From: Halogeometricum limi
GTDB lineage: Archaea; Halobacteriota; Halobacteria; Halobacteriales; Haloferacaceae
Assembly (NCBI RefSeq): GCF_900115785.1
Contig: NZ_FOYS01000001.1
Location: 875,582-939,581 of the forward strand
Direction: 5' to 3'
DNA: 64,000 bases
Shown here: one piece after another, positions 27,423 to 37,985 of the stretch
Position numbering within the stretch: the first letter of the stretch is position 1
Layout: the number at the start of each line of letters is the position of its first letter
Made by a program: the position numbers and the translations under genes
The notes under the pieces: model-generated
What the model was told of the DNA's origin: nothing
What the model saw: only the letters and a program-made list of their open reading frames with translations
Database searches by the model: none

Positions 27423-27863
27423 ATGTCTTCGCGGCGAACGGTTTTGTCGTCGCCGCGCGAGAGGGCGGTCGTGATTCCCGAATCGCACCGCGACATCTTC
27501 GAGAAGCAGTCGTTCGCACACCTGGCGACGGTCATGCCGGACGGGACGCCGCAGGTCACGCCCGTGTGGGTCGACCACGACGACGGCGAGTACGTCCTCC
27601 TCAACAGCGCACGCGGCCGACGAAAGGTGACGAACATCGAGCACGACCCGAAAGTGGGCGTCTCCGTCCTCGACCCCGACGACCCGTATCGCTACGTCTC
27701 CGTCCGAGGGGAGGCGGAGTTGGTCGACGACGGAGCGGTGGAGCACATCGACGCACTCGCAAAGCGGTACATGGGCGTCGACGAGTACCCCCACCACGGC
27801 GAGGAGTCCGGCGCGCGGGTCATCATCCGCGTTCCCACGGAGCACATCGTCACCAGCGGGTAG
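27423..27863 (+). CDS. PPOX-class (pyridoxamine 5'-phosphate oxidase-like) F420/FMN-binding protein
   Basis: Split-barrel family pattern (FAHLATVMPDGTPQVTPVW...VSVRGEAELV). Confidence 0.7.
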   Translation: MSSRRTVLSSPRERAVVIPESHRDIFEKQSFAHLATVMPDGTPQVTPVWVDHDDGEYVLLNSARGRRKVTNIEHDPKVGVSVLDPDDPYRYVSVRGEAELVDDGAVEHIDALAKRYMGVDEYPHHGEESGARVIIRVPTEHIVTSG

Positions 27864-28067
27864 TCCGGGCTACTGACGAGTCGTCCGAGTCACCGACGGG
27901 TCGGCCGGTCGGTTACCGGGCGCGCCGTCGGGGAAAAGACCCGTTCCGCCCCTCTCGCACGCGTTCCACCCGTGCGTACGCTGTCGAGCGATTACTTCCC
28001 GCGTGTCGGCGACGACTAAACGGTATCCAGTACGGTTTTAGTCCGTCGGTGTGCAGTACGACGTAGT

Positions 28068-28784
28068 GTGAAAGGAAAGGAGTGGTACCAGGCGGACGAC
28101 GTCGCCGACGAGTACGACTCGAAGCGATTCTCTCGCGGCGGGCGACACATCGACCACCGAGAGAAACAGGCCGTCCTCGACGCCGTCGGACCCGTCGAAG
28201 ACAAGAACATCCTGGAGATAGCCTGCGGTACGGGTCGCTTCACGGTCATGCTCGCCGAACGCGGCGCGAACATCGTCGGCCTCGACATCTCGCGGGCCAT
28301 GATGACGAAGGGTCGCGAGAAGGCACGACGCGCGGACGTCGCGGACCGAATCGAGTTCCTCCGCGGCGACGCGGCGCGACTGCCGTTCCCGGACGACCAC
28401 TTCGACGCGGTGTTCGCGATGCGGTTTTTCCACCTCGCGGACACGCCGGCGAAGTTCCTCGCGGAGATGGCCCGCGTCTCGAAGGACGTCGTGTTCTTCG
28501 ACACGTTCAACGACACCAGCGCTCGCGTCGCGTACAACTGGCTCTTGCCGATGGGGTCGCGCCTCTACGCCGAGGACGAAGTCGACGGGTTGCTCCACGA
28601 CGCCGGACTTCGACTCACGCAGGCCACCCACGACTTCGTCGTCCCGTACGGACTGTATCGAAAGCTCCCGAACGGCATCGCGGGCGAACTCCGCGGACTC
28701 GACACCTCGCTCGGCGGCACGTCGCTCGGCGAACGACTCGCCTCCGTCTCCTACTGGACGGCGTCCGTCGAATCGAGCGACTGA
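28068..28784 (+). CDS. Class I SAM-dependent methyltransferase
   Basis: Motif I LEIACGTGRFT and motif post-I VGLDIS. Confidence 0.8.
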   Translation: MKGKEWYQADDVADEYDSKRFSRGGRHIDHREKQAVLDAVGPVEDKNILEIACGTGRFTVMLAERGANIVGLDISRAMMTKGREKARRADVADRIEFLRGDAARLPFPDDHFDAVFAMRFFHLADTPAKFLAEMARVSKDVVFFDTFNDTSARVAYNWLLPMGSRLYAEDEVDGLLHDAGLRLTQATHDFVVPYGLYRKLPNGIAGELRGLDTSLGGTSLGERLASVSYWTASVESSD

Positions 28785-28849
28785 CCCCGCGAACGCTTCC
28801 GTCGGTGTCGAGCGGCGACATTTAAGTTTCTCCGTAGATACGAACGCGT

Positions 28850-29752
28850 ATGGACCTCTCGGTCGTGGTTCCGACGCTCAACGGTCGGGACCGCCTCGCC
28901 GCCAGCCTCGACGCGTTAGCCGAGGCCGCACCCGACGCCGAAGTCGTCGTCGTCAACGGCCCGTCGGCGGACGGAACGACCGGAATGGTGCGGGACCGAG
29001 ACGACGTCGACGTTCTCGTCGAGATATCGGACCGGACGCTGAACGTCGCACGAAACGCCGGAATTCGCGCCTCGTCCGGCGACGCCGTCGCCTTCGTCCG
29101 GTACGACGTCGCCGTCGAAGACCAGTGGCTCGACGGCGTCACCGACGGCTTAGCGGAGGCCCCGGTCGTCACCGGGCCGTCCCACCGGACGCTCCGCGCG
29201 GGCATGACCACCGAGACGCTGGAACGCCGGACCATCTGCGGGCGAGACGTGGTGTACTTCAACGGCGGGAACGTCGCCTTCCGCCGGGCCGCCCTCGACA
29301 AACTGGACGGCTTCGACGAGTACCTCCACACGGGCGGCGCGCGCGACGCGGCGCACCGACTCGCGGCGACCGGATTCGGCGTGACGTGGCGACCCGAGAT
29401 GAGCGTCCGAACCGAGTACGAGGCGGACGGCGGCGTGAAGGAACGCGACTGGGGGTGGAAGTACCGCGCGTTGGGCTATCGACTCGCGAAGAACTACGGG
29501 TTCCGACCGACCGTCGCCCGACGGACGCTCAAGCACGCCCGGACGGACGCCGTCTCCGCCGCACGCGACGTGATTCGCGGTGACGCCACGCCGACGGGAT
29601 GGTTCGGGACGGGTCGAGACGTCGTCTCCGGGATGGCGACGGGGCTCTCGGACGGACTCGTCGCCCGCGCCCGCGACCGGTCGACGACGCGGAACCCGCA
29701 CGGCTGTTCGAAGCGGGCCGACCGCGCCGTGGCGACGTACGACTGGCGCTGA
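28850..29752 (+). CDS. Glycosyltransferase family 2
   Basis: N-terminal LSVVVPTLNG and DxD region. Confidence 0.75.
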   Translation: MDLSVVVPTLNGRDRLAASLDALAEAAPDAEVVVVNGPSADGTTGMVRDRDDVDVLVEISDRTLNVARNAGIRASSGDAVAFVRYDVAVEDQWLDGVTDGLAEAPVVTGPSHRTLRAGMTTETLERRTICGRDVVYFNGGNVAFRRAALDKLDGFDEYLHTGGARDAAHRLAATGFGVTWRPEMSVRTEYEADGGVKERDWGWKYRALGYRLAKNYGFRPTVARRTLKHARTDAVSAARDVIRGDATPTGWFGTGRDVVSGMATGLSDGLVARARDRSTTRNPHGCSKRADRAVATYDWR

Positions 29753-29770
29753 GAGACCGCGACTCGTGCG

Positions 29771-30673
29771 CTACGACTGCTCGCCCGGTGCGAGTTGCGG
29801 AATCACGCGGGCGGCGTTCTTCGAGAACGCCCGCCGCATCGCGTCCTCGGAGACGTCGAGCGTCAGTATCTCCATCACGCCGACGTTCGGGTGTGCCTCG
29901 GGGACGCCGCTTCCGAACATGACTCTGTCCGGATGCTCCAACAGCGCACGCTCTACGACGCCGCGGAAGCGAACGAAACTCGTCTCCAAGTAGAGGTCGT
30001 CGTAGCGGTCCAACAGGTCGATACTCCGGTTCATCAGGTCGCGGTCGAGCGGATAGCCGCCGAACGCCGCGAAGACGACGGGAAATCCGCGGTCGAGAAG
30101 CGTCTCGGCGGCGTCCTCGGGGGTGAACTCGCGGCCGACGTGGACCAGGGCCGGAAGCCCGACGTCCGCCAGTTGGTCCAACGTCTCCTCGTCCGGGAGG
30201 CCGTCGACGGCCGGTGCCAACGTGAACCCGTGGAACCGGTCGTCGTAGGCGTACTGTTCGATGTCCTCGGGGTCTGCGTGACTCTCGTCGCGCGAGGCGG
30301 TGAGGTTGCGGAGGCGGGCGGTCGCACGCCCACTCGGGTCGCGCGGACCGTTCACCCGGGCGAACGCGAGGAACGGTCGGTCGACGCTCATCCGCGCGAC
30401 GGCGTTGTTCGCGCGCAGGTAGCCCTCCCCCTCGGCGCGTCGTCCGGGCGAGACGACGGCGCGGACGACGCCCGCTTGGTGGAGTTCTCGCTCCAACCGT
30501 TCGGGGCTTATCTCGCGTCCCCGCGTGGCCACCGACTCCTCGCTGTCGGGGTCCAACCGAGCGTGGACGTCGACCACCCGAAACCCGTGGTTCAGTTCCA
30601 GCATCGTTCGACGCTTCGCCCACGGGTTCAAATAGTTTGTAGAAGTGACTGCTCCGAGAACCGAGTCGACCAT
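29771..30673 (-). CDS. Amidohydrolase-family (TIM-barrel metal-dependent hydrolase)
   Basis: An N-terminal HxH-type motif (VVDVHARL) and C-terminal Asp motifs of amidohydrolase_2. The likely start is the internal ATG (MLELNHG). Confidence 0.6.
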   Translation of the reverse strand: MVDSVLGAVTSTNYLNPWAKRRTMLELNHGFRVVDVHARLDPDSEESVATRGREISPERLERELHQAGVVRAVVSPGRRAEGEGYLRANNAVARMSVDRPFLAFARVNGPRDPSGRATARLRNLTASRDESHADPEDIEQYAYDDRFHGFTLAPAVDGLPDEETLDQLADVGLPALVHVGREFTPEDAAETLLDRGFPVVFAAFGGYPLDRDLMNRSIDLLDRYDDLYLETSFVRFRGVVERALLEHPDRVMFGSGVPEAHPNVGVMEILTLDVSEDAMRRAFSKNAARVIPQLAPGEQS

Positions 30674-30789
30674 TCGGCCAGTGGATTTTTATATTAATAG
30701 ACGTTCGACCATCGTCGACAGAGAGACACGATAGCACGGTAATTCGGTTGCTGTCGTGCGATTTCACAGCACAGACTCAGCGATACATA

Positions 30790-30795
30790 TTTATA
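30790..30795 (+). promoter_or_regulatory. TATA box (TTTATA) about 38 nt upstream of the thermosome ATG
   Basis: AT-rich hexamer in an otherwise GC-rich context at the appropriate distance for an archaeal promoter. Confidence 0.35.
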
Positions 30796-30832
30796 GAACC
30801 GCAAGCGTCTACTGCGGTGAGGTTTCACAATC

Positions 30833-32407
30833 ATGTCGTCACGAATGCAGCAGCCCCTGTACATCCTCGCCGGTGGAAGTTCCCGAACGCACGGCCAGGC
30901 CGCCCAAGACTCGAACATCCGCGCCGGAAAGGCCGTCGCGAGTGCGGTCCGCACGACGCTCGGACCCCGCGGCATGGACAAGATGCTCGTCGACTCCTCG
31001 GGCGAAGTCGTCATCACGAACGACGGCGCGACCATCCTCCAGAAGATGGACATCGAACACCCCGCCGCGCAGATGATCGTCGAAGTCGCGGAGACCCAAG
31101 AGGAGGAAGTCGGCGACGGCACCACCACCGCCGCCGTCCTCACGGGTGAACTCCTCGCGCACGCCGAGGACCTCCTCGAACAGGACCTCCACCCGACGGT
31201 CATCGTCGAGGGCTACACCGAAGCGGCGAAACTCGCACAGGAGGCCATCGACGCGCAGGTACTCGACCTCGACCTCGACGACAGACTCTTAGAGAAGGTC
31301 GCCGAGTCGAGCATGACCGGCAAGGGAACCGGCGACGTGACCGCCGACATCCTCGCGAAACACGTCGTGAAGGCCGTCCGCATGGTCCACGCCGAAAACG
31401 ACGGCCGCTTCGACCGCGACGACGTCCGCGTGATGACCCGCACGGGCGCGTCCTCCTCGGCGACCGAACTCGTCGAAGGCGTCGTCATCGACAAGGACCG
31501 CGCCAACGAGAACATGCCCAAGACGGTCGAAGACGCCACCGTCGCCGTCCTCGACGTGAAACTCGACGTGCGAAAGGGTGAGGTCGACACCGAGTACAAC
31601 ATCACCTCGGTCGACCAGTTGGACGCCGCCCTCAAGGCCGAAGACGACGAACTTCGGGGCTACGCGAAGGTGTTCACAGACGCCGGCGTGGACGTCGTGT
31701 TCTGCACGAAGTCCATCTCGGACCGCGTCGCGGGCTACCTCGCCGACGCCGGTATCCTCGCGTTCAAGAGCGTGAAGAAGTCCGACGCGCGCGCCATCGC
31801 CCACGCGACGGGCGCGAAGCGTCTCGGCACCACGAAGGACCTCGACGCGTCCGACTTCGGACACGCCGACAGCGTCTCGCTGAAGAAGTACGCCGACGAC
31901 GAACTCACGTTCGTCGAGGGCGGGTCGGCCGCGAAGGCGGTCACCCTGTTCCTCCGCGGCGGCACCGAACACGTCGTCGACGAACTCGAACGCGCCATCG
32001 AAGACGCCATCGACGTGGTCGCCGCCGCCATCGACAAGGGCGGCGTCGTCCCCGGCGCGGGCGCGACGGAAGTCGCCATCGCCGACCACATCCGCGCCGA
32101 GGCGGCCGGTATCGAGGGCCGCAAGCAGCTCGCCGTCGAGGCGTTCGCGGACGCCGTCGAGGCGCTCCCGCGCACCCTCGCGGAGAACACCGGCATGGAC
32201 CCCATCGACGCGCTCGTCGACCTGCGCGCGCGCTACGAGAGCGACGGCGTGGCGGGCATCATCTCGTCCGGTCGCTCCGGTGAGATCGGTGACCCCGTCG
32301 ACGCCGGCATCCTCGACCCCGCCGCGGTCAAGCGCGAAGCGGTCGAGTCCGCCACCGAGGCCGCGACGATGATCGTCCGCATCGACGACGTCATCGCCGC
32401 CGAGTAA
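30833..32407 (+). CDS. cct3: Thermosome (group II chaperonin) subunit, short 524-aa paralog
   Basis: GDGTTTA motif and overall group II chaperonin signature. The 524-aa length matches the short third thermosome paralog of Haloferax. The symbol is tentative. Confidence 0.85.
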   Translation: MSSRMQQPLYILAGGSSRTHGQAAQDSNIRAGKAVASAVRTTLGPRGMDKMLVDSSGEVVITNDGATILQKMDIEHPAAQMIVEVAETQEEEVGDGTTTAAVLTGELLAHAEDLLEQDLHPTVIVEGYTEAAKLAQEAIDAQVLDLDLDDRLLEKVAESSMTGKGTGDVTADILAKHVVKAVRMVHAENDGRFDRDDVRVMTRTGASSSATELVEGVVIDKDRANENMPKTVEDATVAVLDVKLDVRKGEVDTEYNITSVDQLDAALKAEDDELRGYAKVFTDAGVDVVFCTKSISDRVAGYLADAGILAFKSVKKSDARAIAHATGAKRLGTTKDLDASDFGHADSVSLKKYADDELTFVEGGSAAKAVTLFLRGGTEHVVDELERAIEDAIDVVAAAIDKGGVVPGAGATEVAIADHIRAEAAGIEGRKQLAVEAFADAVEALPRTLAENTGMDPIDALVDLRARYESDGVAGIISSGRSGEIGDPVDAGILDPAAVKREAVESATEAATMIVRIDDVIAAE

Positions 32408-32493
32408 TCCGACCCGGCTCGCTGCCACGAGCCGTCTCCTTTCTATCGACGTCGTCCCACCGAGCGACGGCGCCGTCTCTCCGCCCGTCGGCG

Positions 32494-33141
32494 TCACTCA
32501 CTCGCCCGACCGTCGATGCGTATCCTCGGCAGGTGCCAGTCGTAGCGAAGCGCCAACAGGCGCGTCGAGAAGACGAGGACGGCGCAGACGGCCGAGGGGA
32601 CGCCGGACGGCGCGCCGAGAGCGGCGACGACCCAGAAGGCCGCGCCGCCGAGAACCGCGGGCGTCGCGTAGAAGTCCTCGCGCAAGACGACGGGCACCCG
32701 CCCGATGAGGAGGTCGGCGAGAGAGCCACCGCCGACGGCGGTGACCGTCGCGAGAACGACGACGCCGTACGGCGTCAGTCCGGTCTCGGTCGCCACGAGT
32801 GCGCCCGTCGCGGCGAAGGCGGCGAGGCCGACGGCGTCGCTGGCGAGAAACGCGGGCGTGTCGCGGATGCGGACGTGTTCGGGGGTTCTGCGGACGAGTA
32901 CGATGGCGAGGCCGACGCCGAGGAGGGCGGCGGAGGCGTCCCACGTCGTCGCCAGCGAGGCGGGGAGGCGGTTCACGAGAACGTCGCGCGTCGTCCCGCC
33001 GCCGAGGGCGGTGACCACGCCGAGAACGGCCACGCCGAACGCGTCGAGTCCGGCGTCAGCGGCCTTCAGCGACCCCGCGACGGCGAACGCGAGGAGGCCG
33101 ACGACGTTCATCAGGGCGAACGGGTCGAGGCTGTCGAACAC
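32494..33141 (-). CDS. TRIC-like / UPF0126 glycine-rich membrane protein
   Basis: Two internal repeats containing a GGG(T/S) motif; seven TM helices. Confidence 0.65.
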   Translation of the reverse strand: MFDSLDPFALMNVVGLLAFAVAGSLKAADAGLDAFGVAVLGVVTALGGGTTRDVLVNRLPASLATTWDASAALLGVGLAIVLVRRTPEHVRIRDTPAFLASDAVGLAAFAATGALVATETGLTPYGVVVLATVTAVGGGSLADLLIGRVPVVLREDFYATPAVLGGAAFWVVAALGAPSGVPSAVCAVLVFSTRLLALRYDWHLPRIRIDGRASE

Positions 33142-33144
33142 GCG

Positions 33145-33684
33145 TCAGGAGGGGACGGGGTCGTCGTCGATGCCGCCGTTCGAGTCGGTATCGCTGACGC
33201 GTTGGATGCGTTCGATGCCGTCTATCTCGTCGACGACGCCCTCGACCGGGTCCGGGACGAGGTCACGCCAGTTCTCGTCGTGGACCATCCGGTCGCGGAG
33301 TTCGGTGCCCTCCAACACGTCGCGGTTGAACATCGGCGACTGGCGGACTTCGACGCCCGCCTCCGAGAACAGTTGGATGACGAGGGGGTTGTTCGAGTAG
33401 GCCACGTCGAACGCCGGCGACATGCTCTGGACGTGACTCACCCAAACGGAGTTTCGGTCCAAGTCCTCGATGGGGACGGCGTACGTGGTGATGTCGAAGT
33501 CGACGACCGACTTCGTCACCATCATGATTCGCTCGCCCGCGGTGAACGGGTTCCGCGGCGAGTGCGAGTCGCCGGCGGACCCGATTCCGAGGACGAGTTC
33601 GTCGACCTCGTCGGCTATCTCTTCGACCATCCGGTGGTGGCCGTTGTGGTAGGGCTGAAAACGACCGATGTAGAACCCCCGCAT
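33145..33684 (-). CDS. nadM: Nicotinamide-nucleotide adenylyltransferase (archaeal NadM)
   Basis: MRGFYIGRFQPYHNGH, the (H/T)xGH nucleotidyltransferase motif. Only the last 179 codons of the long ORF-track frame are used. Confidence 0.8.
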   Translation of the reverse strand: MRGFYIGRFQPYHNGHHRMVEEIADEVDELVLGIGSAGDSHSPRNPFTAGERIMMVTKSVVDFDITTYAVPIEDLDRNSVWVSHVQSMSPAFDVAYSNNPLVIQLFSEAGVEVRQSPMFNRDVLEGTELRDRMVHDENWRDLVPDPVEGVVDEIDGIERIQRVSDTDSNGGIDDDPVPS

Positions 33685-33852
33685 GCACCTCGTTTCTCGT
33701 GGCTGGTTTATAAAGGCGACGAGTTGGGTGAACGTACGATATCGTCGTGTATGGCGGCTGAATCTGCCGAATGTCGCCGTGGCGATGGGTGTGCATTTGG
33801 GGAGAAAGTATATCAGTCGTGCAGCCTTCATTTGAAGTAGCGAAACAGTTCT

Positions 33853-35952
33853 ATGAGTAACGACATGGATACCGACGACAACACCTCCGAAGAGGGGGTC
33901 GACGTCCCCGAGGAGACTCCTCGCCCCCCGTCCGATGTGGACGACGAGGCCTTCTCGGAGTCCGGCCCCGACGACGGGGAGGACGAAGTCGATAAGCGGA
34001 CCATCGACGACCTCGGTAGCGACGTCGAAGTCGAAGCCGACGTTGCCGACGACGTAGACGAAGACGACCTCCTCGGTGGGCTTCAGATCGACTCGACGAG
34101 CGAGATATCGGTTCCCGACCGACTCGTCGACCAAGTTATCGGGCAGGAACACGCCCGAGACGTGGTGATGAAGGCGGCAAAGCAGCGTCGCCACGTGATG
34201 ATGATCGGGTCGCCCGGGACGGGCAAGTCGATGCTCGCGAAGGCGATGGCCGAACTCCTGCCGAAAGAGGAACTGCAGGACGTCCTCGTCTATCACAACC
34301 CCGACGACGGGAACAACCCGAAGGTCCGAACGGTCCCCGCGGGCAAGGGCGAGCAGATAGTCGAGGCCCACAAAGAGGAGGCTCGCAAGCGCAACCAGAT
34401 GCGCTCGTTCCTCATGTGGATCATCATCGCCATCGTCCTCGGCTACTCGCTCATCATCGCCGGGCAGATTCTGCTCGGCATCCTCGCGGCGGGTGTCATC
34501 TACCTCGCGTTCCGCTACGGGTCTCGCGGCAGCGACGCGATGATTCCGAACCTCATCGTGAACAACGCCGATCAGACGGCCGCGCCGTTCCAGGACGCGA
34601 CCGGCGCGCACGCCGGTGCACTGCTCGGCGACGTTCGGCACGACCCGTTCCAGTCCGGCGGGATGGAGACGCCGAGTCACGACCGGGTCGAACCCGGAGC
34701 CATCCACAAAGCGAACAAGGGCGTGCTGTTCATCGACGAGATAAACACGCTCGACATCCGCTCCCAGCAGCACCTGATGACGGCCATCCAGGAGGGCGAG
34801 TTCTCCATCACGGGCCAGTCCGAGCGTTCCTCGGGCGCGATGGTCCAGACCGAACCCGTCCCGACGGACTTCATCATGATCGCCGCGGGGAACCTCGACG
34901 CGATGGAGAACATGCACCCCGCGCTTCGTTCGCGTATCAAGGGGTACGGGTACGAGGTGTACATGGACGACACCATCGAGGACACCCCCGAGATGCGGCG
35001 CAAGTACGCGCGCTTCGTCGCTCAGGAGGTCAGCAAGGACGGCCGCCTGCCCGAGTTCAGCGCCGAGGCCATCGAGGAAGTCATCCTCGAAGCCCGTCGC
35101 CGCGCGGGTCGGAAAGGTCACCTCACGCTCGAACTGCGTAACCTCGGCGGTCTGGTCCGCGTCTCCGGCGACATCGCTCGCGCGGAGAGCGCGGACGCGG
35201 TCACCCGCGACCACGTGTTGCAGGCGAAGGGGCGCAGTCGCTCCATCGAACAGCAACTCGCGGACGACTACATCGAACGCCGCAAGGACTACGAACTGCA
35301 GGTGGCCGACGGCTACCAGGTCGGCCGCGTGAACGGTCTCGCGGTCATGGGCGAGGACTCCGGTATCATGCTCCCCGTCATGGCCGAGGTGACGCCGTCG
35401 CAGGGGCCGGGCGAGGTCATCGCCACCGGTCAACTGAAGGAGATGGCACAGGAGGCAGTCGACAACGTCTCCGCCATCATCAAGAAGTTCTCCGACGAGA
35501 ACATCTCGGAGAAGGACATCCACATCCAGTTCGTCCAGGCCGGACAGGGCGGCGTCGACGGCGACTCCGCCTCCATCACCGTCGCGGCGGCGGTCATCTC
35601 CGCCCTCGAAGAGGTCGGCGTCGACCAGTCGCTCGCGATGACCGGCAGTCTCTCCGTCCGCGGTGACGTCCTCCCCGTCGGCGGCGTCACGCACAAGATA
35701 GAGGCCGCCGCGAAGTCCGGGTGCACGAAGGTCATCATCCCGCAGGCGAACATGCAGGACGTGATGATCGAAGACGAGTACAAGGACATGGTCGAGATCA
35801 TCCCGGTCTCGCACATCAGCGAAGTTCTCGACATCGCCCTCGAAGGCGAACCCGAGAAGGACTCGCTCGTGGACCGCCTCAAGAGCATCACCGGCTCTGC
35901 GTTCACCGAAGGCAGCAACGTCACCGGGCCGTCCAGCCCGAGTCCGCAGTAA
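33853..35952 (+). CDS. lonB: Archaeal membrane-bound Lon protease (LonB)
   Basis: Walker A GSPGTGKSM, an inserted TM region within the AAA+ domain, and a C-terminal Ser-Lys protease domain. Confidence 0.9.
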   Translation: MSNDMDTDDNTSEEGVDVPEETPRPPSDVDDEAFSESGPDDGEDEVDKRTIDDLGSDVEVEADVADDVDEDDLLGGLQIDSTSEISVPDRLVDQVIGQEHARDVVMKAAKQRRHVMMIGSPGTGKSMLAKAMAELLPKEELQDVLVYHNPDDGNNPKVRTVPAGKGEQIVEAHKEEARKRNQMRSFLMWIIIAIVLGYSLIIAGQILLGILAAGVIYLAFRYGSRGSDAMIPNLIVNNADQTAAPFQDATGAHAGALLGDVRHDPFQSGGMETPSHDRVEPGAIHKANKGVLFIDEINTLDIRSQQHLMTAIQEGEFSITGQSERSSGAMVQTEPVPTDFIMIAAGNLDAMENMHPALRSRIKGYGYEVYMDDTIEDTPEMRRKYARFVAQEVSKDGRLPEFSAEAIEEVILEARRRAGRKGHLTLELRNLGGLVRVSGDIARAESADAVTRDHVLQAKGRSRSIEQQLADDYIERRKDYELQVADGYQVGRVNGLAVMGEDSGIMLPVMAEVTPSQGPGEVIATGQLKEMAQEAVDNVSAIIKKFSDENISEKDIHIQFVQAGQGGVDGDSASITVAAAVISALEEVGVDQSLAMTGSLSVRGDVLPVGGVTHKIEAAAKSGCTKVIIPQANMQDVMIEDEYKDMVEIIPVSHISEVLDIALEGEPEKDSLVDRLKSITGSAFTEGSNVTGPSSPSPQ

Positions 35953-35958
35953 CGTCGG

Positions 35959-36993
35959 ATGCCCGACTGGGCGACGTTCGCCGCGTTCGCGGCCGTCGTC
36001 ACGACGGGCCTCTTGGCGCTCTCCTACGCCTCTCGAGGCGTGATTTCTCACGACGACGAGCCACCGCAACGGACGGGGACTCGGCTCCGTTCGCTCTCGG
36101 AGGACGAGTCGGCCTCCGAAGCGGAGGCGGACGGGACGGACGCGGCCGACGAGACGGCGACCGCAGAATCGGACGCGCCGACCGACTTCGCCGGACCGAC
36201 CGGAACGGGCGAGAGGCCTGCGGACACGACCGCCGAACCTACAGAGACGACCGCCGAACCCGCGGACACGGCCGCCGAACCCACACCCACGCGTGCGGAG
36301 GACGTGAGTCGCGAGTTCGTCCTCCCCAAGTCCGGCGTTCGGTATCGCTCGGCACCGTCGGAGGAGACAGCAGAGCTATCGACGGCGGCCCTCCTCGCGA
36401 ACGTCGCCTTCTCGCAGGGAGTCTTCGCCGTCGCACTCCTCGCCGGCGCGTGGTACGCACAGATACCGGCGTCGGCGTTCGGCGCGCACGTCGAGACGCT
36501 CTCGCTCTCGGGACTCCTCCTCGGCGTCGGCCTCGGCGTCGCGCTCTACGCCGCGAACGAAGTCGGCGCGGCCGTCGGCGCGGCGTACGGTCTCGGGAGT
36601 TCCGAAGAACTGCGAGGCGCGCTCGCACCGGACTCGAAGGGCGGATGGGCCGTCCTCCTCTTGGTCGTCCTCCCCCTCATCGCGGGGTTCGAAGAACTCC
36701 TCTTCCGAGGCGCACTCGTCGGCGTCTTCGCGGCGGGATTTTCGGTCTCGCCGTGGCTCCTCGCACTCCTCTCCTCGGTCGCGTTCGCCCTCGGCCACGG
36801 CGCGCAGGGCCGACTCGGCGTTCTCGTCACGGGGACGCTCGGCTTCGTCCTCGCCGCCGCGTTCGTCGTCACCGGGAGTCTGTTCGTCGTCGTCGTCGCG
36901 CACTATCTGGTGAACGCGCTGGAGTTCGTCGTCCACGAGGGCCTCGGATTCGAGTGGACGAACCGGCCCGGATTCGGAGACGACGCCGACTGA
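35959..36993 (+). CDS. CPBP-family (CAAX) intramembrane metalloprotease
   Basis: EELLFRG and FALGH motifs. An acidic low-complexity linker follows the N-terminal TM segment. Confidence 0.75.
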   Translation: MPDWATFAAFAAVVTTGLLALSYASRGVISHDDEPPQRTGTRLRSLSEDESASEAEADGTDAADETATAESDAPTDFAGPTGTGERPADTTAEPTETTAEPADTAAEPTPTRAEDVSREFVLPKSGVRYRSAPSEETAELSTAALLANVAFSQGVFAVALLAGAWYAQIPASAFGAHVETLSLSGLLLGVGLGVALYAANEVGAAVGAAYGLGSSEELRGALAPDSKGGWAVLLLVVLPLIAGFEELLFRGALVGVFAAGFSVSPWLLALLSSVAFALGHGAQGRLGVLVTGTLGFVLAAAFVVTGSLFVVVVAHYLVNALEFVVHEGLGFEWTNRPGFGDDAD

Positions 36994-37037
36994 CGGCGGT
37001 CCCGAACGACTTTATCCGTCCCCGCTCTCGTTCGGGT

Positions 37038-37370
37038 ATGTCGTCTTCGATGTCGAATCAACGGCTGGGACAGGTGCTCCTCGCCGGATTTCTCGTACTC
37101 GTCGTCGCCTCGATACTGACCGGAAACGCCGCTATCGACACGCTCGTCGAAGTCGGGTTCGGGTTCGTCGCTCTCTACTTCGGCTACACGACGTACGCGA
37201 ACCCCCGCTACCCCGACGGCACGGCGAAGACGGCGACGACGGCGGCGTTCGTCCTCGCCGGTCTCGGACAGTTCGTCGTCGTCGTCACCGGCCTCACGGT
37301 CGTCGACCTCGTGACGACGGTGTTGTTCGTCGGCGGGTTCGTCGGCTACGTTCTGTTGAACCGCCAGTGA
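37038..37370 (+). CDS. Small membrane protein (three TM helices)
   Basis: 110-aa hydrophobic ORF. Confidence 0.5.
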   Translation: MSSSMSNQRLGQVLLAGFLVLVVASILTGNAAIDTLVEVGFGFVALYFGYTTYANPRYPDGTAKTATTAAFVLAGLGQFVVVVTGLTVVDLVTTVLFVGGFVGYVLLNRQ

Positions 37371-37449
37371 GTGCTCGCGGCCGGTCGTCGGCCGAGGCGC
37401 GGGTCGTCGCCTGTGCGTCGCTGACACCAGACCGACGCGTGACTATGCC

Positions 37450-37962
37450 GTGAGGCGACGACGGAAGCGTATGCAACGGCGCACGTTCCTCGGTGGTATC
37501 GTCGGTGTCGCCGCCGCGGGCGTCGGTGCCGTCGCGGTGGCGGAGTTGTTCCTCCCGGAGCAGTCGACCATGGTCGGCGAAGCGGACGCGTCGACGGGGA
37601 CGGTACTCCGGCGCGGGACGTTCGAGGGGCAGACGGGCCACGACGTCGCCGGAACGGTCGAACTCCGCCGGGACGACGACAGCCACGCCCTCAGGTTCGT
37701 CGACTACGAACAGACGCAGGGGCCGGACGTGTTCGTCTACCTGACGCCGTCACCGACGCCGGAGACGGCCGCGGACGTGGCCGCCGGGACGAAAGTCCTC
37801 GTCGACGGCGGGGCCGACGGCGGCGAGAGCACGAAAGAGGGGACGTTCACCCAGCGACTCCCGGCGGCCCTCGACGTGAGCGAGTTCCGCGGGGTGAGCA
37901 TCTGGTGCGACCGGTTCTCGACGCCGTTCGGGCGGGCGGCGCTCGAAGCGGTCGAGTCGTGA
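37450..37962 (+). CDS. DM13-domain protein with a Tat signal
   Basis: RRTFLGG twin-arginine motif. The DM13-like portion is GTVELRRD...VFVYL...VSIWC. Confidence 0.6.
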   Translation: MRRRRKRMQRRTFLGGIVGVAAAGVGAVAVAELFLPEQSTMVGEADASTGTVLRRGTFEGQTGHDVAGTVELRRDDDSHALRFVDYEQTQGPDVFVYLTPSPTPETAADVAAGTKVLVDGGADGGESTKEGTFTQRLPAALDVSEFRGVSIWCDRFSTPFGRAALEAVES

Positions 37963-37985
37963 GCGAACGCGACTCGGACGCGCCG

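Noticed and set aside
27864-28067. ACGGTA/TACGGT near-palindromic tract in the spacer before the methyltransferase gene
   Set aside because: It is not a true inverted repeat when checked base by base. The similarity is weak.
33145-36069. 974-aa minus-strand ORF covering nadM and the antisense of lonB
   Set aside because: Only the C-terminal 179 aa (NMN adenylyltransferase) are recognisable. The remainder is antisense to the well-supported LonB gene.
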